From contig OZ024740.1 of the NCBI GenBank assembly GCA_964016885.1, forward strand, positions 436,728,001-436,792,000: a stretch of DNA of 64,000 bases. Reading direction: 5' to 3'. Shown here in pieces: positions 15,201 to 30,760 of the stretch; within the stretch, counting starts at the first letter, position 1, and each line of letters starts with the position of its first letter. The notes beneath the pieces were generated by a model that ran no database searches, was not told the origin of the DNA, and saw only the letters and a program-made list of their open reading frames with translations. Both the position numbers and the translations under genes were made by a program. This DNA is from Eledone cirrhosa. Lineage: Eukaryota.

Positions 15201-15600
15201 TCAAGCTATTTCTGTAATAACCACTCACTGTTCACTACATGTCAAGCTATTTCTGTGATAACCCCTCACTGTTCACTACATGTCAAGCTATTTCTGTGAT
15301 AACCCCTCACTGTTCACTACATGTCAAGCTATTTCTGTGATAACCCCTCACTGTTCACTACATGTCAAGCTATTTCTGTGATAACCTTTCACTGTTCACT
15401 ACATGTCAAGCTATTTCTATGATAACCTCTCACTGTTCACTACATGTCAAGCTATTTCTGTGATAAGCCCTCACTGTTCACTACATGTCTATCTATTTCT
15501 GTGATAACCCCTCATTGTTCACTACATGTCAAGCTATTTCTGTGATTACCCCTCACTGTTCACTACATGTCAAGCTATTTCTGTGATAACCTCTCACTGT
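12230..15600. repeat. Tandem duplication, 41 monomers (1683 bp x2)
   Basis: ORFs at 12242/13925 and CAGGTCAAG at 13226/14909. 1683 = 41x41 + three 42-mers - one 40-mer. A few single-base differences between copies. Confidence 0.9.
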
Positions 15601-16699
15601 TCACTACATGATAAGCTATTTCCGGTGATTACCCCTCACTGTTCACTACATATCAAGCTATTTCTGTGATAATCCCTCACTGTTCACTACATGTCAAACT
15701 ATTTCCGGTGATTGCCCCTCACTGTTCACTACATGTCAACCTATTTCTGTAATTACCCCTCACTGTTCACTACATGTCAAGCTATTTCTGTGATAACCCC
15801 TCACTGTTCTCTACATGTCAAGCTATTTCTGTAATAACCCCTCACTGTTCACTACATGTCAAGCTATTTCTGTAATAACCACTCACTGTTCACTACATGT
15901 CAAGCTATTTCTGTGATAACCCCTCACTGTTCACTAGATGTCAAGCTATTTCTGTGATAACCCCTCACTGTTCACTACATGTCAAGCTATTTCTGTGATA
16001 ACCCCTCACTGTTCACTACATGTCAAGCTATTTCTGTGATAACATTTCACTGTTCACTACATGTCAAGTTATTTCTATGATAACATCTCACTGTTCACTA
16101 CATGTCAAGCTATTTCTGTTATAACCTCTCACTGTTCACTATATGTCAAGCTATTTCTGTGATAATCCCTCACTGTTCACTACATGCCAAGCTATTTCTG
16201 TGATTACCCCTCTCTTTTAATTACATGTCACGCTATTTCTGTGATAACCCCTCACTGTTCACTATATGTCAAGATATTTCTGTGATAACCTCTCACTGTT
16301 CACTACATGTCAAGCTATTTCTGTGATAAGCCCTCACTGTTCACTACATGTCAAGCTATTTCTTTGATATCCCCTGATTGTTCACTACATGTCAAGCTAT
16401 TTCTGTGATTACCCCTCACAGTTCACTACATGTCAAGCTATTTCCGGTGATTACCCCTCACTGTTCACTATATGTCAAGCTATTTCTGTGATTACCCCTC
16501 ACTGTTCACTACATGTCAAGCTATTTCTGTGATAACCTCTCACTGGTCACTACATGTAAAGCTATTTCTGTGATAACCCCTCACTGTTCTCTACATGTCA
16601 AGCTATTTCTGTAATAACCCCTCACTGTTCACTACATGTCAAGCTATTTCTGTAATAACCACTCACTGTTCACTACATGTCAAGCTATTTCTGTGATAA

Positions 16700-19600
16700 T
16701 CCCTCACTGTTCACTACATGTCAAGCTATTTCTGTGATAACCCCTCACTGTTCTCTACATGTCAAGCTATTTCTGTAATAACCCCTCACTGTTCACTACA
16801 TGTCAAGCTATTTCTGTAATAACCACTCACTGTTCACTATATGTCAAGCTATTTATGTGATTACCCCTCACTGTTCTCTACATGTCAAGCTATTTCTGTA
16901 ATAACCCCTTACTGTTCAATACAGGTCAAGCTATTTCTGTGATAAACCCTCACTGTTCACTACATGTCAAGCTATTTCTTTGATAATCCCTCACTGTTCA
17001 CTACATATCAAGCTATTTCTGTGATAATCCCTCACTGTTCACTACATGTCAAACTATTTCCGGTGATTGCCCCTCACTGTTCACTACATGTCAACCTATT
17101 TCTGTAATTACCCCTTACTGTTCACTACATGTCAAGCTATTTCTGTGATAACCCCTCACTGTTCTCTACATGTCAAGCTATTTCTGTAATAACCCCTCAC
17201 TGTTCACTACATGTCAAGCTATTTCTGTAATAACCACTCACTGTTCACTACATGTCAAGCTATTTCTGTGATAACCCCTCACTGTTCACTACATGTCAAG
17301 CTATTTCTGTGATAACCCCTCACTGTTCACTACATGTCAAGCTATTTCTGTGATAACCCCTCACTGTTCACTACATGTCAAGCTATTTCTGTGATAACCT
17401 TTCACTGTTCACTACATGTCAAGCTATTTCTATGATAACCTCTCACTGTTCACTACATGTCAAGCTATTTCTGTGATAAGCCCTCACTGTTCACTACATG
17501 TCTATCTATTTCTGTGATAACCCCTCATTGTTCACTACATGTCAAGCTATTTCTGTGATTACCCCTCACTGTTCACTACATGTCAAGCTATTTCTGTGAT
17601 AACCTCTCACTGTTCACTACATGATAAGCTATTTCCGGTGATTACCCCTCACTGTTCACTATATATCAAGCTATTTCTGTGATAATCCCTCACTGTTCAC
17701 TACATGTCAAACTATTTCCGGTGATTGCCCCTCACTGTTCACTACATGTCAACCTATTTCTGTAATTACCCCTCACTGTTCACTACATGTCAAGCTATTT
17801 CTGTGATAACCCCTCACTGTTCTCTACATGTCAAGCTATTTCTGTAATAACCCCTCACTGTTCACTACATGTCAAGCTATTTCTGTAATAACCACTCACT
17901 GTTCACTACATGTCAAGCTATTTCTGTGATAACCCCTCACTGTTCACTAGATGTCAAGCTATTTCTGTGATAACCCCTCACTGTTCACTACATGTCAAGC
18001 TATTTCTGTGATAACCCCTCACTGTTCACTACATGTCAAGCTATTTCTGTGATAACATTTCACTGTTCACTACATGTCAAGTTATTTCTATGATAACATC
18101 TCACTGTTCCTACATGTCAAGCTATTTCTGTGATAACCTCTCACTGTTCACTATATGTCAAGCTATTTCTGTGATAATCCCTCACTGTTCACTACATGCC
18201 AAGCTATTTCTGTGATTACCCCTCACTTTTAATTACATGTCACGCTATTTCTGTGATAACCCCTCACTGTTCACTATATGTCAAGATATTTCTGTGATAA
18301 CCTCTCACTGTTCACTACATGTCAAGCTATTTCTGTGATAAGCCCTCACTGTTCACTACATGTCAAGCTATTTCTTTGATATCCCCTGATTGTTCACTAC
18401 ATGTCAAGCTATTTCTGTGATTACCCCTCACAGTTCACTACATGTCAAGCTATTTCCGGTGATTACCCCTCACTGTTCACTATATGTCAAGCTATTTCTG
18501 TGATTACCCCTCACTGTTCACTACATGTCAAGCTATTTCTGTGATAACCTCTCACTGGTCACTACATGTAAAGCTATTTCTGTGATAACCCCTCACTGTT
18601 CTCTACATGTCAAGCTATTTCTGTAATAACCCCTCACTGTTCACTACATGTCAAGCTATTTCTGTAATAACCACTCACTGTTCACTACATGTCAAGCTAT
18701 TTCTGTGATAACCCCTCACTGTTCACTACATGTCAAGCCATTTCTGTGATAACCCCTCACTGTTCACTACATGTCAAGCTATTTCTGTGATAACCCCTCA
18801 CTGTTCACTACATGTCAAGCTATTTCTGTGATAACCTTTCACTGTTCACTACATGTCAAGCTATTTCTATGATAACCTCTCACTGTTCACTACATGTCAA
18901 GCTATTTCTGTGATAAGCACTCACTGTTCACTACATGTCTATCTATTTCTGTGATAACCCCTCATTGTTCACTACATGTCAAGCTATTTCTGTGATTACC
19001 CCTCACTGTTCACTACATGTCAAGCTATTTCTGTGATAACCCCTCACTGTTCACTACATGTCAAGCTATTTCTGTGATAACCCCTCACTGTTCTCTACAT
19101 GTCAAGCTATTTCTGTAATAACCCCTCACTGTTCACTACATGTCAAGCTATTTCTGTAATAACCACTCACTGTTCACTATATGTCAAGCTATTTATGTGA
19201 TTACCCCTCACTGTTCTCTACATGTCAAGCTATTTCTGTAATAACCCCTCACTGTTCAATACAGGTCAAGCTATTTCTGTGATAAACCCTCACTGTTCAC
19301 TACATGTCAAGCTATTTCTTTGATAATCCCTCACTGTTCACTACATATCAAGCTATTTCTGTGATAATCCCTCACTGTTCACTACATGTCAAACTATTTC
19401 CGGTGATTGCCCCTCACTGTTCACTACATGTCAACCTATTTCTGTAATTACCCCTTACTGTTCACTACATGTCAAGCTATTTCTGTGATAACCCCTCACT
19501 GTTCTCTACATGTCAAGCTATTTCTGTAATAACCCCTCACTGTTCACTACATGTCAAGCTATTTCTGTAATAACCACTCACTGTTCTCTACATGTCAAGC

Positions 19601-21380
19601 TATTTCTGTGATAACCCCTCACTGTTCACTACATGTCAAGCTATTTCTGTGATAACCCCTCACTGTTCACTACATGTCAAGCTATTTCTGTGATAACCCC
19701 TCACTGTTCACTACATGTCAAGCTATTTCTGTGATAACCTTTCACTGTTCACTACATGTCAAGCTATTTCTATGATAACCTCTCACTGTTCACTACATGT
19801 CAAGCTATTTCTGTGATAAGCCCTCACTGTTCACTACATGTCTATCTATTTCTGTGATAACCCCTCATTGTTCACTACATGTCAAGCTATTTCTGTGATT
19901 ACCCCTCACTGTTCACTACATGTCAAGCTATTTCTGTGATAGCCTCTCACTGTTCACTACATGATAAGCTATTTCCGGTGATTACCCCTCACTGTTCACT
20001 ATATATCAAGCTATTTCTGTGATAATCCCTCACTGTTCACTACATGTCAAACTATTTCCGGTGATTGCCCCTCACTGTTCACTACATGTCAACCTATTTC
20101 TGTAATTACCCCTCACTGTTCACTACATGTCAAGCTATTTCTGTGATAACCCCTCACTGTTCTCTACATGTCAAGCTATTTCTGTAATAACCCCTCACTG
20201 TTCACTACATGTCAAGCTATTTCTGTAATAACCACTCACTGTTCACTACATGTCAAGCTATTTCTGTGATAACCCCTCACTGTTCACTAGATGTCAAGCT
20301 ATTTCTGTGATAACCCCTCACTGTTCACTACATGTCAAGCTATTTCTGTGATAACCCCTCACTGTTCACTACATGTCAAGCTATTTCTGTGATAACATTT
20401 CACTGTTCACTACATGTCAAGTTATTTCTATGATAACATCTCACTGTTCCTACATGTCAAGCTATTTCTGTGATAACCTCTCACTGTTCACTATATGTCA
20501 AGCTATTTCTGTGATAATCCCTCACTGTTCACTACATGCCAAGCTATTTCTGTGATTACCCCTCACTTTTAATTACATGTCACGCTATTTCTGTGATAAC
20601 CCCTCACTGTTCACTATATGTCAAGATATTTCTGTGATAACCTCTCACTGTTCACTACATGTCAAGCTATTTCTGTGATAAGCCCTCACTGTTCACTACA
20701 TGTCAAGCTATTTCTTTGATATCCCCTGATTGTTCACTACATGTCAAGCTATTTCTGTGATTACCCCTCACAGTTCACTACATGTCAAGCTATTTCCGGT
20801 GATTACCCCTCACTGTTCACTATATGTCAGGCTATTTCTGTGATTACCCCTCACTGTTCACTACATGTCAAGCTATTTCTGTGATAACCTCTCACTGGTC
20901 ACTACATGTAAAGCTATTTCTGTGATAACCCCTCACTGTTCTCTACATGTCAAGCTATTTCTGTAATAACCCCTCACTGTTCACTACATGTCAAGCTATT
21001 TCTGTAATAACCACTCACTGTTCACTACATGTCAAGCTATTTCTGTGATAACCCCTCACTGTTCACTACATGTCAAGCTATTTCTGTGATAACCCCTCAC
21101 TGTTCACTACATGTCAAGCTATTTCTGTGATAACCCCTCACTGTTCACTACATGTCAAGCTATTTCTGTGATAACCTTTCACTGTTCACTACATGTCAAG
21201 CTATTTCTATGATAACCTCTCACTGTTCACTACATGTCAAGCTATTTCTGTGATAAGCACTCACTGTTCACTACATGTCTATCTATTTCTGTGATAACCC
21301 CTCATTGTTCACTACATGTCAAGCTATTTCTGTGATTACCCCTCACTGTTCACTACATGTCAAGCTATTTCTGTGATAAC
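16700..21380. repeat. Tandem duplication, 57 monomers (2340 bp x2)
   Basis: 60-nt lines starting at 16741 and 19081 are in register and near-identical for about 39 lines. ORFs at 18033/20373. 2340 = 57x41 + 4 - 1. Confidence 0.93.
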
Positions 21381-24300
21381 CTCTCACTGTTCACTACATG
21401 ATAAGCTATTTCCGGTGATTACCCCTCACTGTTCACTACATATCAAGCTATTTCTGTGATAATCCCTCACTGTTCACTACATGTCAACCTATTTCTGTAA
21501 TTACCCCTCACTGTTCACTACATGTCAAGCTATTTCTGTGATAACCCCTCACTGTTCTCTACATGTCAAGCTATTTCTGTAATAACCCCTCACTGTTCAC
21601 TACATGTCAAGCTATTTCTGTAATAACCACTCACTGTTCACTACATGTCAAGCTATTTCTGTGATAACCCCTCACTGTTCACTAGATGTCAAGCTATTTC
21701 TGTGATAACCCCTCACTGTTCACTACATGTCAAGCTATTTCTGTGATAACCCCTCACTGTTCACTACATGTCAAGCTATTTCTGTGATAACATTTCACTG
21801 TTCACTACATGTCAAGTTATTTCTATGATAACATCTCACTGTTCACTATATGTCAAGCTATTTCTGTGATAATCCCTCACTGTTCACTACATGCCAAGCT
21901 ATTTCTGTGATTACCCCTCACTTTTAATTACATGTCACGCTATTTCTGTGATAACCCCTCACTGTTCACTATATGTCAAGATATTTCTGTGATAACCTCT
22001 CACTGTTCACTACATGTGAAGCTATTTCTGTGATAAGCCCTCACTGTTCACTACATGTCAAGCTATTTCTTTGATATCCCCTGATTGTTCACTACATGTC
22101 AAGCTATTTCTGTGATTACCCCTCACAGTTCACTACATGTCAAGCTATTTCCGGTGATTACCCCTCACTGTTCACTATATGTCAAGCTATTTCTGTGATT
22201 ACCCCTCACTGTTCACTACATGTCAAGCTATTTCTGTGATAACCTCTCACTGGTCACTACATGTAAAGCTATTTCTGTGATAACCTCTCACTGTTCACTA
22301 CATGACAAGCTATTTCTGTGATAACCCCTCACTGTTCACTATATGTCAAGCTATTTCTGTGATAACCCCTCACTGTTCACTACATGTCAAACTATTTCTG
22401 TGATAACCCATCACTGTTCACTACATGTCAAGCTATTTCCGGTGATTACCCCTCACTGTTCACTATATGTCAAGCTATTTCTGTGATTAACCCTCACAGT
22501 TCACTGTATGTCAAGCTATTTCTGTGATAACCTCTCACTGGTCACTACATGTAAAGCTATTTCTGTGATAACCTCTCACTGTTCACTACATGTCAAGCTA
22601 TTTCTGTGATAACCTCTCACTGTTCACTATATGTCTAGCTATTTCTGTGATAACCCCTCACTGTTCACTACATGTCAAACTATTTCTGTGATAACCCATC
22701 ACTGTTCACTATATGTCAAGCTATTTCCGGTGATTACCCCTCACTGTTCACTATATGTCAAGCTATTTCTGTGATTACCCCTCACTGTTCACTACATGTC
22801 AAGCTATTTCTGTGATAACCTCTCACTGTTCACTACATGTCAAGCTATTTGTGTGATAACCTCTCACTGTTCACTACATGTCAAGCTATTTCTGTGATAA
22901 CCCCTGACTGTTCACTACATGTCAAGCTATTTATGTGATAATCCCTCACTGTTCATTACATATCAAGCTATTTCTGTGATAACCCCTCACTGTTCACTAC
23001 ATGTCAAGCTATTTCTGTGATAACGCCTCATTGTTCACTACATGTCAAGCTATTTCTGTGATAACCTTTCACTGTTCTCTACATGTCAAGCTATTTGTGT
23101 GATAACCTCTCACTGTTCACTACATTTCAAGCTATTTCTGTGATAACCCCTCACTGTTCACTACATGTCAAGCTATTTCTGTGATAACCCCTCATTGTTC
23201 ACTACATGTCAAGCTATTTCTGCAATTACCCCTCACTGTTCACTACATGTCAAGCTATTTCTGTGATAACCCCTCACTGTTCTCTACATGTCAAGCTATT
23301 TCTGTAATAACCCCTCACTGTTCACTACATGTCAAGCTATTTCTGTAATAACCACTCACTGTTCACTATATGTCAAGCAATTTATGTGATAATCCCTCAC
23401 TGTTCACTACATGTCAAGCTATTTCTGTGATAACGCCTCACTGTTCACTACATGTCAAGCTATTTCTGTGATAACCCCTCATTGTTCACTACATGTCAAG
23501 CTATTTCTGTGATAAACTTTCACTGTTCTCTACATGTCAAGCTATTTGTGTGATAACCTCTCACTGTTCACTACATTTCAAGCTATTTCTGTGATAACCC
23601 CTCACTGTTCACTACAGGTCAAGCTATTTCTGTGATAAACCCTCACTGTTCACTACATGTCAAGCTATTTCTGTGATAATCCCTCACTGTTCACTACATG
23701 TCAAGCTATTTCTGTGATAGCCCCTCACTGTTCACTACATGTCAACTATTTCTGTGATAATCCCTCACTGTTCACTACATGTCAAGCTATTTCCGGTGAT
23801 TGCCCTCACTGTTCACTATATGTCAAGCTATTTCTGTGATAACCCCTCACTGTTCACTACATGTCAAGCTATTTCTATGATAACCTCTCACTGTTCACTA
23901 CATGTCAAGCTATTTCTGTGATAAGCACTCACTGTTCACTACATGTCTATCTATTTCTGTGATAACCCCTCATTGTTCACTACATGTCAAGCTATTTCTG
24001 TGATTACCCCTCACTGTTCACTACATGTCAAGCTATTTCTGTGATAACCCCTCACTGTTCACTACATGTCAAGCTATTTCTGTGATAACCCCTCACTGTT
24101 CTCTACATGTCAAGCTATTTCTGTAATAACCCCTCACTGTTCACTACATGTCAAGCTATTTCTGTAATAACCACTCACTGTTCACTATATGTCAAGCTAT
24201 TTATGTGATTACCCCTCACTGTTCTCTACATGTCAAGCTATTTCTGTAATAACCCCTCACTGTTCAATACAGGTCAAGCTATTTCTGTGATAAACCCTCA

Positions 24301-27300
24301 CTGTTCACTACATGTCAAGCTATTTCTTTGATAATCCCTCACTGTTCACTACATATCAAGCTATTTCTGTGATAATCCCTCACTGTTCACTACATGTCAA
24401 ACTATTTCCGGTGATTGCCCCTCACTGTTCACTACATGTCAACCTATTTCTGTAATTACCCCTTACTGTTCACTACATGTCAAGCTATTTCTGTGATAAC
24501 CCCTCACTGTTCTCTACATGTCAAGCTATTTCTGTAATAACCCCTCACTGTTCACTACATGTCAAGCTATTTCTGTAATAACCACTCACTGTTCTCTACA
24601 TGTCAAGCTATTTCTGTGATAACCCCTCACTGTTCACTACATGTCAAGCTATTTCTGTGATAACCCCTCACTGTTCACTACATGTCAAGCTATTTCTGTG
24701 ATAACCCCTCACTGTTCACTACATGTCAAGCTATTTCTGTGATAACCTTTCACTGTTCACTACATGTCAAGCTATTTCTATGATAACCTCTCACTGTTCA
24801 CTACATGTCAAGCTATTTCTGTGATAAGCCCTCACTGTTCACTACATGTCTATCTATTTCTGTGATAACCCCTCATTGTTCACTACATGTCAAGCTATTT
24901 CTGTGATTACCCCTCACTGTTCACTACATGTCAAGCTATTTCTGTGATAGCCTCTCACTGTTCACTACATGATAAGCTATTTCCGGTGATTACCCCTCAC
25001 TGTTCACTATATATCAAGCTATTTCTGTGATAATCCCTCACTGTTCACTACATGTCAAACTATTTCCGGTGATTGCCCCTCACTGTTCACTACATGTCAA
25101 CCTATTTCTGTAATTACCCCTCACTGTTCACTACATGTCAAGCTATTTCTGTGATAACCCCTCACTGTTCTCTACATGTCAAGCTATTTCTGTAATAACC
25201 CCTCACTGTTCACTACATGTCAAGCTATTTCTGTAATAACCACTCACTGTTCACTACATGTCAAGCTATTTCTGTGATAACCCCTCACTGTTCACTAGAT
25301 GTCAAGCTATTTCTGTGATAACCCCTCACTGTTCACTACATGTCAAGCTATTTCTGTGATAACCCCTCACTGTTCACTACATGTCAAGCTATTTCTGTGA
25401 TAACATTTCACTGTTCACTACATGTCAAGTTATTTCTATGATAACATCTCACTGTTCCTACATGTCAAGCTATTTCTGTGATAACCTCTCACTGTTCACT
25501 ATATGTCAAGCTATTTCTGTGATAATCCCTCACTGTTCACTACATGCCAAGCTATTTCTGTGATTACCCCTCACTTTTAATTACATGTCACGCTATTTCT
25601 GTGATAACCCCTCACTGTTCACTATATGTCAAGATATTTCTGTGATAACCTCTCACTGTTCACTACATGTCAAGCTATTTCTGTGATAAGCCCTCACTGT
25701 TCACTACATGTCAAGCTATTTCTTTGATATCCCCTGATTGTTCACTACATGTCAAGCTATTTCTGTGATTACCCCTCACAGTTCACTACATGTCAAGCTA
25801 TTTCCGGTGATTACCCCTCACTGTTCACTATATGTCAGGCTATTTCTGTGATTACCCCTCACTGTTCACTACATGTCAAGCTATTTCTGTGATAACCTCT
25901 CACTGGTCACTACATGTAAAGCTATTTCTGTGATAACCCCTCACTGTTCTCTACATGTCAAGCTATTTCTGTAATAACCCCTCACTGTTCACTACATGTC
26001 AAGCTATTTCTGTAATAACCACTCACTGTTCACTACATGTCAAGCTATTTCTGTGATAACCCCTCACTGTTCACTACATGTCAAGCTATTTCTGTGATAA
26101 CCCCTCACTGTTCACTACATGTCAAGCTATTTCTGTGATAACCCCTCACTGTTCACTACATGTCAAGCTATTTCTGTGATAACCTTTCACTGTTCACTAC
26201 ATGTCAAGCTATTTCTATGATAACCTCTCACTGTTCACTACATGTCAAGCTATTTCTGTGATAAGCACTCACTGTTCACTACATGTCTATCTATTTCTGT
26301 GATAACCCCTCATTGTTCACTACATGTCAAGCTATTTCTGTGATTACCCCTCACTGTTCACTACATGTCAAGCTATTTCTGTGATAACCTCTCACTGTTC
26401 ACTACATGATAAGCTATTTCCGGTGATTACCCCTCACTGTTCACTACATATCAAGCTATTTCTGTGATAATCCCTCACTGTTCACTACATGTCAACCTAT
26501 TTCTGTAATTACCCCTCACTGTTCACTACATGTCAAGCTATTTCTGTGATAACCCCTCACTGTTCTCTACATGTCAAGCTATTTCTGTAATAACCCCTCA
26601 CTGTTCACTACATGTCAAGCTATTTCTGTAATAACCACTCACTGTTCACTACATGTCAAGCTATTTCTGTGATAACCCCTCACTGTTCACTAGATGTCAA
26701 GCTATTTCTGTGATAACCCCTCACTGTTCACTACATGTCAAGCTATTTCTGTGATAACCCCTCACTGTTCACTACATGTCAAGCTATTTCTGTGATAACA
26801 TTTCACTGTTCACTACATGTCAAGTTATTTCTATGATAACATCTCACTGTTCACTATATGTCAAGCTATTTCTGTGATAATCCCTCACTGTTCACTACAT
26901 GCCAAGCTATTTCTGTGATTACCCCTCACTTTTAATTACATGTCACGCTATTTCTGTGATAACCCCTCACTGTTCACTATATGTCAAGATATTTCTGTGA
27001 TAACCTCTCACTGTTCACTACATGTGAAGCTATTTCTGTGATAAGCCCTCACTGTTCACTACATGTCAAGCTATTTCTTTGATATCCCCTGATTGTTCAC
27101 TACATGTCAAGCTATTTCTGTGATTACCCCTCACAGTTCACTACATGTCAAGCTATTTCCGGTGATTACCCCTCACTGTTCACTATATGTCAAGCTATTT
27201 CTGTGATTACCCCTCACTGTTCACTACATGTCAAGCTATTTCTGTGATAACCTCTCACTGGTCACTACATGTAAAGCTATTTCTGTGATAACCTCTCACT

Positions 27301-28880
27301 GTTCACTACATGACAAGCTATTTCTGTGATAACCCCTCACTGTTCACTATATGTCAAGCTATTTCTGTGATAACCCCTCACTGTTCACTACATGTCAAAC
27401 TATTTCTGTGATAACCCATCACTGTTCACTACATGTCAAGCTATTTCCGGTGATTACCCCTCACTGTTCACTATATGTCAAGCTATTTCTGTGATTAACC
27501 CTCACAGTTCACTGTATGTCAAGCTATTTCTGTGATAACCTCTCACTGGTCACTACATGTAAAGCTATTTCTGTGATAACCTCTCACTGTTCACTACATG
27601 TCAAGCTATTTCTGTGATAACCTCTCACTGTTCACTATATGTCTAGCTATTTCTGTGATAACCCCTCACTGTTCACTACATGTCAAACTATTTCTGTGAT
27701 AACCCATCACTGTTCACTATATGTCAAGCTATTTCCGGTGATTACCCCTCACTGTTCACTATATGTCAAGCTATTTCTGTGATTACCCCTCACTGTTCAC
27801 TACATGTCAAGCTATTTCTGTGATAACCTCTCACTGTTCACTACATGTCAAGCTATTTGTGTGATAACCTCTCACTGTTCACTACATGTCAAGCTATTTC
27901 TGTGATAACCCCTGACTGTTCACTACATGTCAAGCTATTTATGTGATAATCCCTCACTGTTCATTACATATCAAGCTATTTCTGTGATAACCCCTCACTG
28001 TTCACTACATGTCAAGCTATTTCTGTGATAACGCCTCATTGTTCACTACATGTCAAGCTATTTCTGTGATAACCTTTCACTGTTCTCTACATGTCAAGCT
28101 ATTTGTGTGATAACCTCTCACTGTTCACTACATTTCAAGCTATTTCTGTGATAACCCCTCACTGTTCACTACATGTCAAGCTATTTCTGTGATAACCCCT
28201 CATTGTTCACTACATGTCAAGCTATTTCTGCAATTACCCCTCACTGTTCACTACATGTCAAGCTATTTCTGTGATAACCCCTCACTGTTCTCTACATGTC
28301 AAGCTATTTCTGTAATAACCCCTCACTGTTCACTACATGTCAAGCTATTTCTGTAATAACCACTCACTGTTCACTATATGTCAAGCAATTTATGTGATAA
28401 TCCCTCACTGTTCACTACATGTCAAGCTATTTCTGTGATAACGCCTCACTGTTCACTACATGTCAAGCTATTTCTGTGATAACCCCTCATTGTTCACTAC
28501 ATGTCAAGCTATTTCTGTGATAAACTTTCACTGTTCTCTACATGTCAAGCTATTTGTGTGATAACCTCTCACTGTTCACTACATTTCAAGCTATTTCTGT
28601 GATAACCCCTCACTGTTCACTACAGGTCAAGCTATTTCTGTGATAAACCCTCACTGTTCACTACATGTCAAGCTATTTCTGTGATAATCCCTCACTGTTC
28701 ACTACATGTCAAGCTATTTCTGTGATAGCCCCTCACTGTTCACTACATGTCAACTATTTCTGTGATAATCCCTCACTGTTCACTACATGTCAAGCTATTT
28801 CCGGTGATTGCCCTCACTGTTCACTATATGTCAAGCTATTTCTGTGATAACCCCTCACTGTTCACTACATGTCAAGCTAT
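18840..28880. repeat. Near-perfect tandem duplication, about 122 monomers (5008 bp x2)
   Basis: ATAAGCAC at 18913/23921, AGCCTCTC at 19941/24949 and CATGTGAA at 22013/27021. ORFs at 20373/25381, 23657/28665 and 23739/28747. All offsets are 5008. Confidence 0.93.
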
Positions 28881-30760
28881 TTTTGTGATAACCTCTCACT
28901 GTTCACTACATTTCAAGCTATTTCTGTGATAACCCCTGACTGTTCACTACATGTCAAGCTATTTCTGTGATAATCCCTCACTGTTCACTACATATCAAGC
29001 TATTTCTGTGATAACCCCTCATTGTTCACTACATGTCAAGCTATTTCTGTAATTACCCCTCACTGTTCACTACATGTCAAGCTATTTCTGTGATAACCCC
29101 TCACTGTTCTCTACATGTCAAGCTATTTCTGTAATAACCCCTCACTGTTCACTATATGTCAAGCTATTTATGTGATTACCCCTGACTGTTCACTACATGT
29201 CAAGCTATTTCTGTGATAACCTCTCACTGTTCACTATATGTCTAGCTATTTCTGTGATAACCCCTCACTGTTCACTACATGTCAAACTATTTCTGTGATA
29301 ACCCATCACTGTTCACTATATGTCAAGCTATTTCCGGTGATTACCCCTCACTGTTCACTATATGTCAAGCTATTTCTGTGATTACCCCTCACTGTTCACT
29401 ACATGTCAAGCTATTTCTGTGATAACCTCTCACTGTTCACTACATGTCAAGCTATTTGTGTGATAACCTCTCACTGTTCACTACATGTCAAGCTATTTCT
29501 GTGATAACCCCTGACTGTTCACTACATGTCAAGCTATTTATGTGATAATCCCTCACTGTTCATTACATATCAAGCTATTTCTGTGATAACCCCTCACTGT
29601 TCACTACATGTCAAGCTATTTCTGTGATAACGCCTCATTGTTCACTACATGTCAAGCTATTTCTGTGATAACCTTTCACTGTTCTCTACATGTCAAGCTA
29701 TTTGTGTGATAACCTCTCACTGTTCACTACATTTCAAGCTATTTCTGTGATAACCCCTCACTGTTCACTACATGTCAAGCTATTTCTGTGATAACCCCTC
29801 ATTGTTCACTACATGTCAAGCTATTTCTGCAATTACCCCCCTCACTGTTCACTACATGTCAAGCTATTTCTGTGATAACCCCTCACTGTTCTCTACATGT
29901 CAAGCTATTTCTGTAATAACCCCTCACTGTTCACTACATGTCAAGCTATTTCTGTAATAACCACTCACTGTTCACTATATGTCAAGCAATTTATGTGATA
30001 ACCCCTCACTGTTCACTACATGTCAAGCTATTTCTGTGATAACGCCTCACTGTTCACTACATGTCAAGCTATTTCTGTGATAACCCCTCATTGTTCACTA
30101 CATGTCAATCTATTTCTGTGATAAACTTTCACTGTTCTCTACATGTCAAGCTATTTGTGTGATAACCTCTCACTGTTCACTACATTTCAAGCTATTTCTG
30201 TGATAACCCCTCACTGTTCACTACAGGTCAAGCTATTTCTGTGATAAACCCTCACTGTTCACTACATGTCAAGCTATTTCTGTGATAATCCCTCACTGTT
30301 CACTACATGTCAAGCTATTTCTGTGATAACCCCTAACTGTTCACTACATGTCAACTATTTCTGTGATAATCCCTCACTGTTCACTACATGTCAAGCTATT
30401 TCCGGTGATTGCCCCTCACTGTTCACTATATGTCAAGCTATTTCTGTGATAACCCCTCACTGTTCACTACATGTCAAGCTATTTTTGTGATAACCTCTCA
30501 CTGTTCACTACATTTCAAGCTATTTCCCTGATAACCCCTGACTGTTCACTACATGTCAAGCTATTTCTGTGATAATCCCTCACTGTTCACTACATATCAA
30601 GCTATTTCTGTGATAACCCCTCATTGTTCACTACATGTCAAGCTATTTCTGTAATTACCCCTCACTGTTCACTACATGTCAAGCTATTTCTGTGATAACC
30701 CCTCACTGTTCTCTACATGTCAAGCTATTTCTGTAATAACCCCTCACTGTTCACTACATG
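27580..30760. repeat. Tandem duplication, 39 monomers (offset 1599, rising to 1601-1602)
   Basis: TCTAG at 27642/29241 (1599). ORFs at 28665/30266 (1601) after a private C6 run near 29836. Confidence 0.8.

Noticed and set aside
12230-15600. Duplication unit of 41 monomers of 41 bp as a meaningful self-similar number
   Set aside because: This is a coincidence, since the other units span 37, 39, 57, 80, 90, 104, 122 and 137 monomers.
29831-29843. Private 43-bp monomer with a C6 run creating ORF 29772..29957
   Set aside because: It is a singleton homopolymer expansion absent from sister copies (near 28234 and 31354). It is most simply slippage or a sequencing error.
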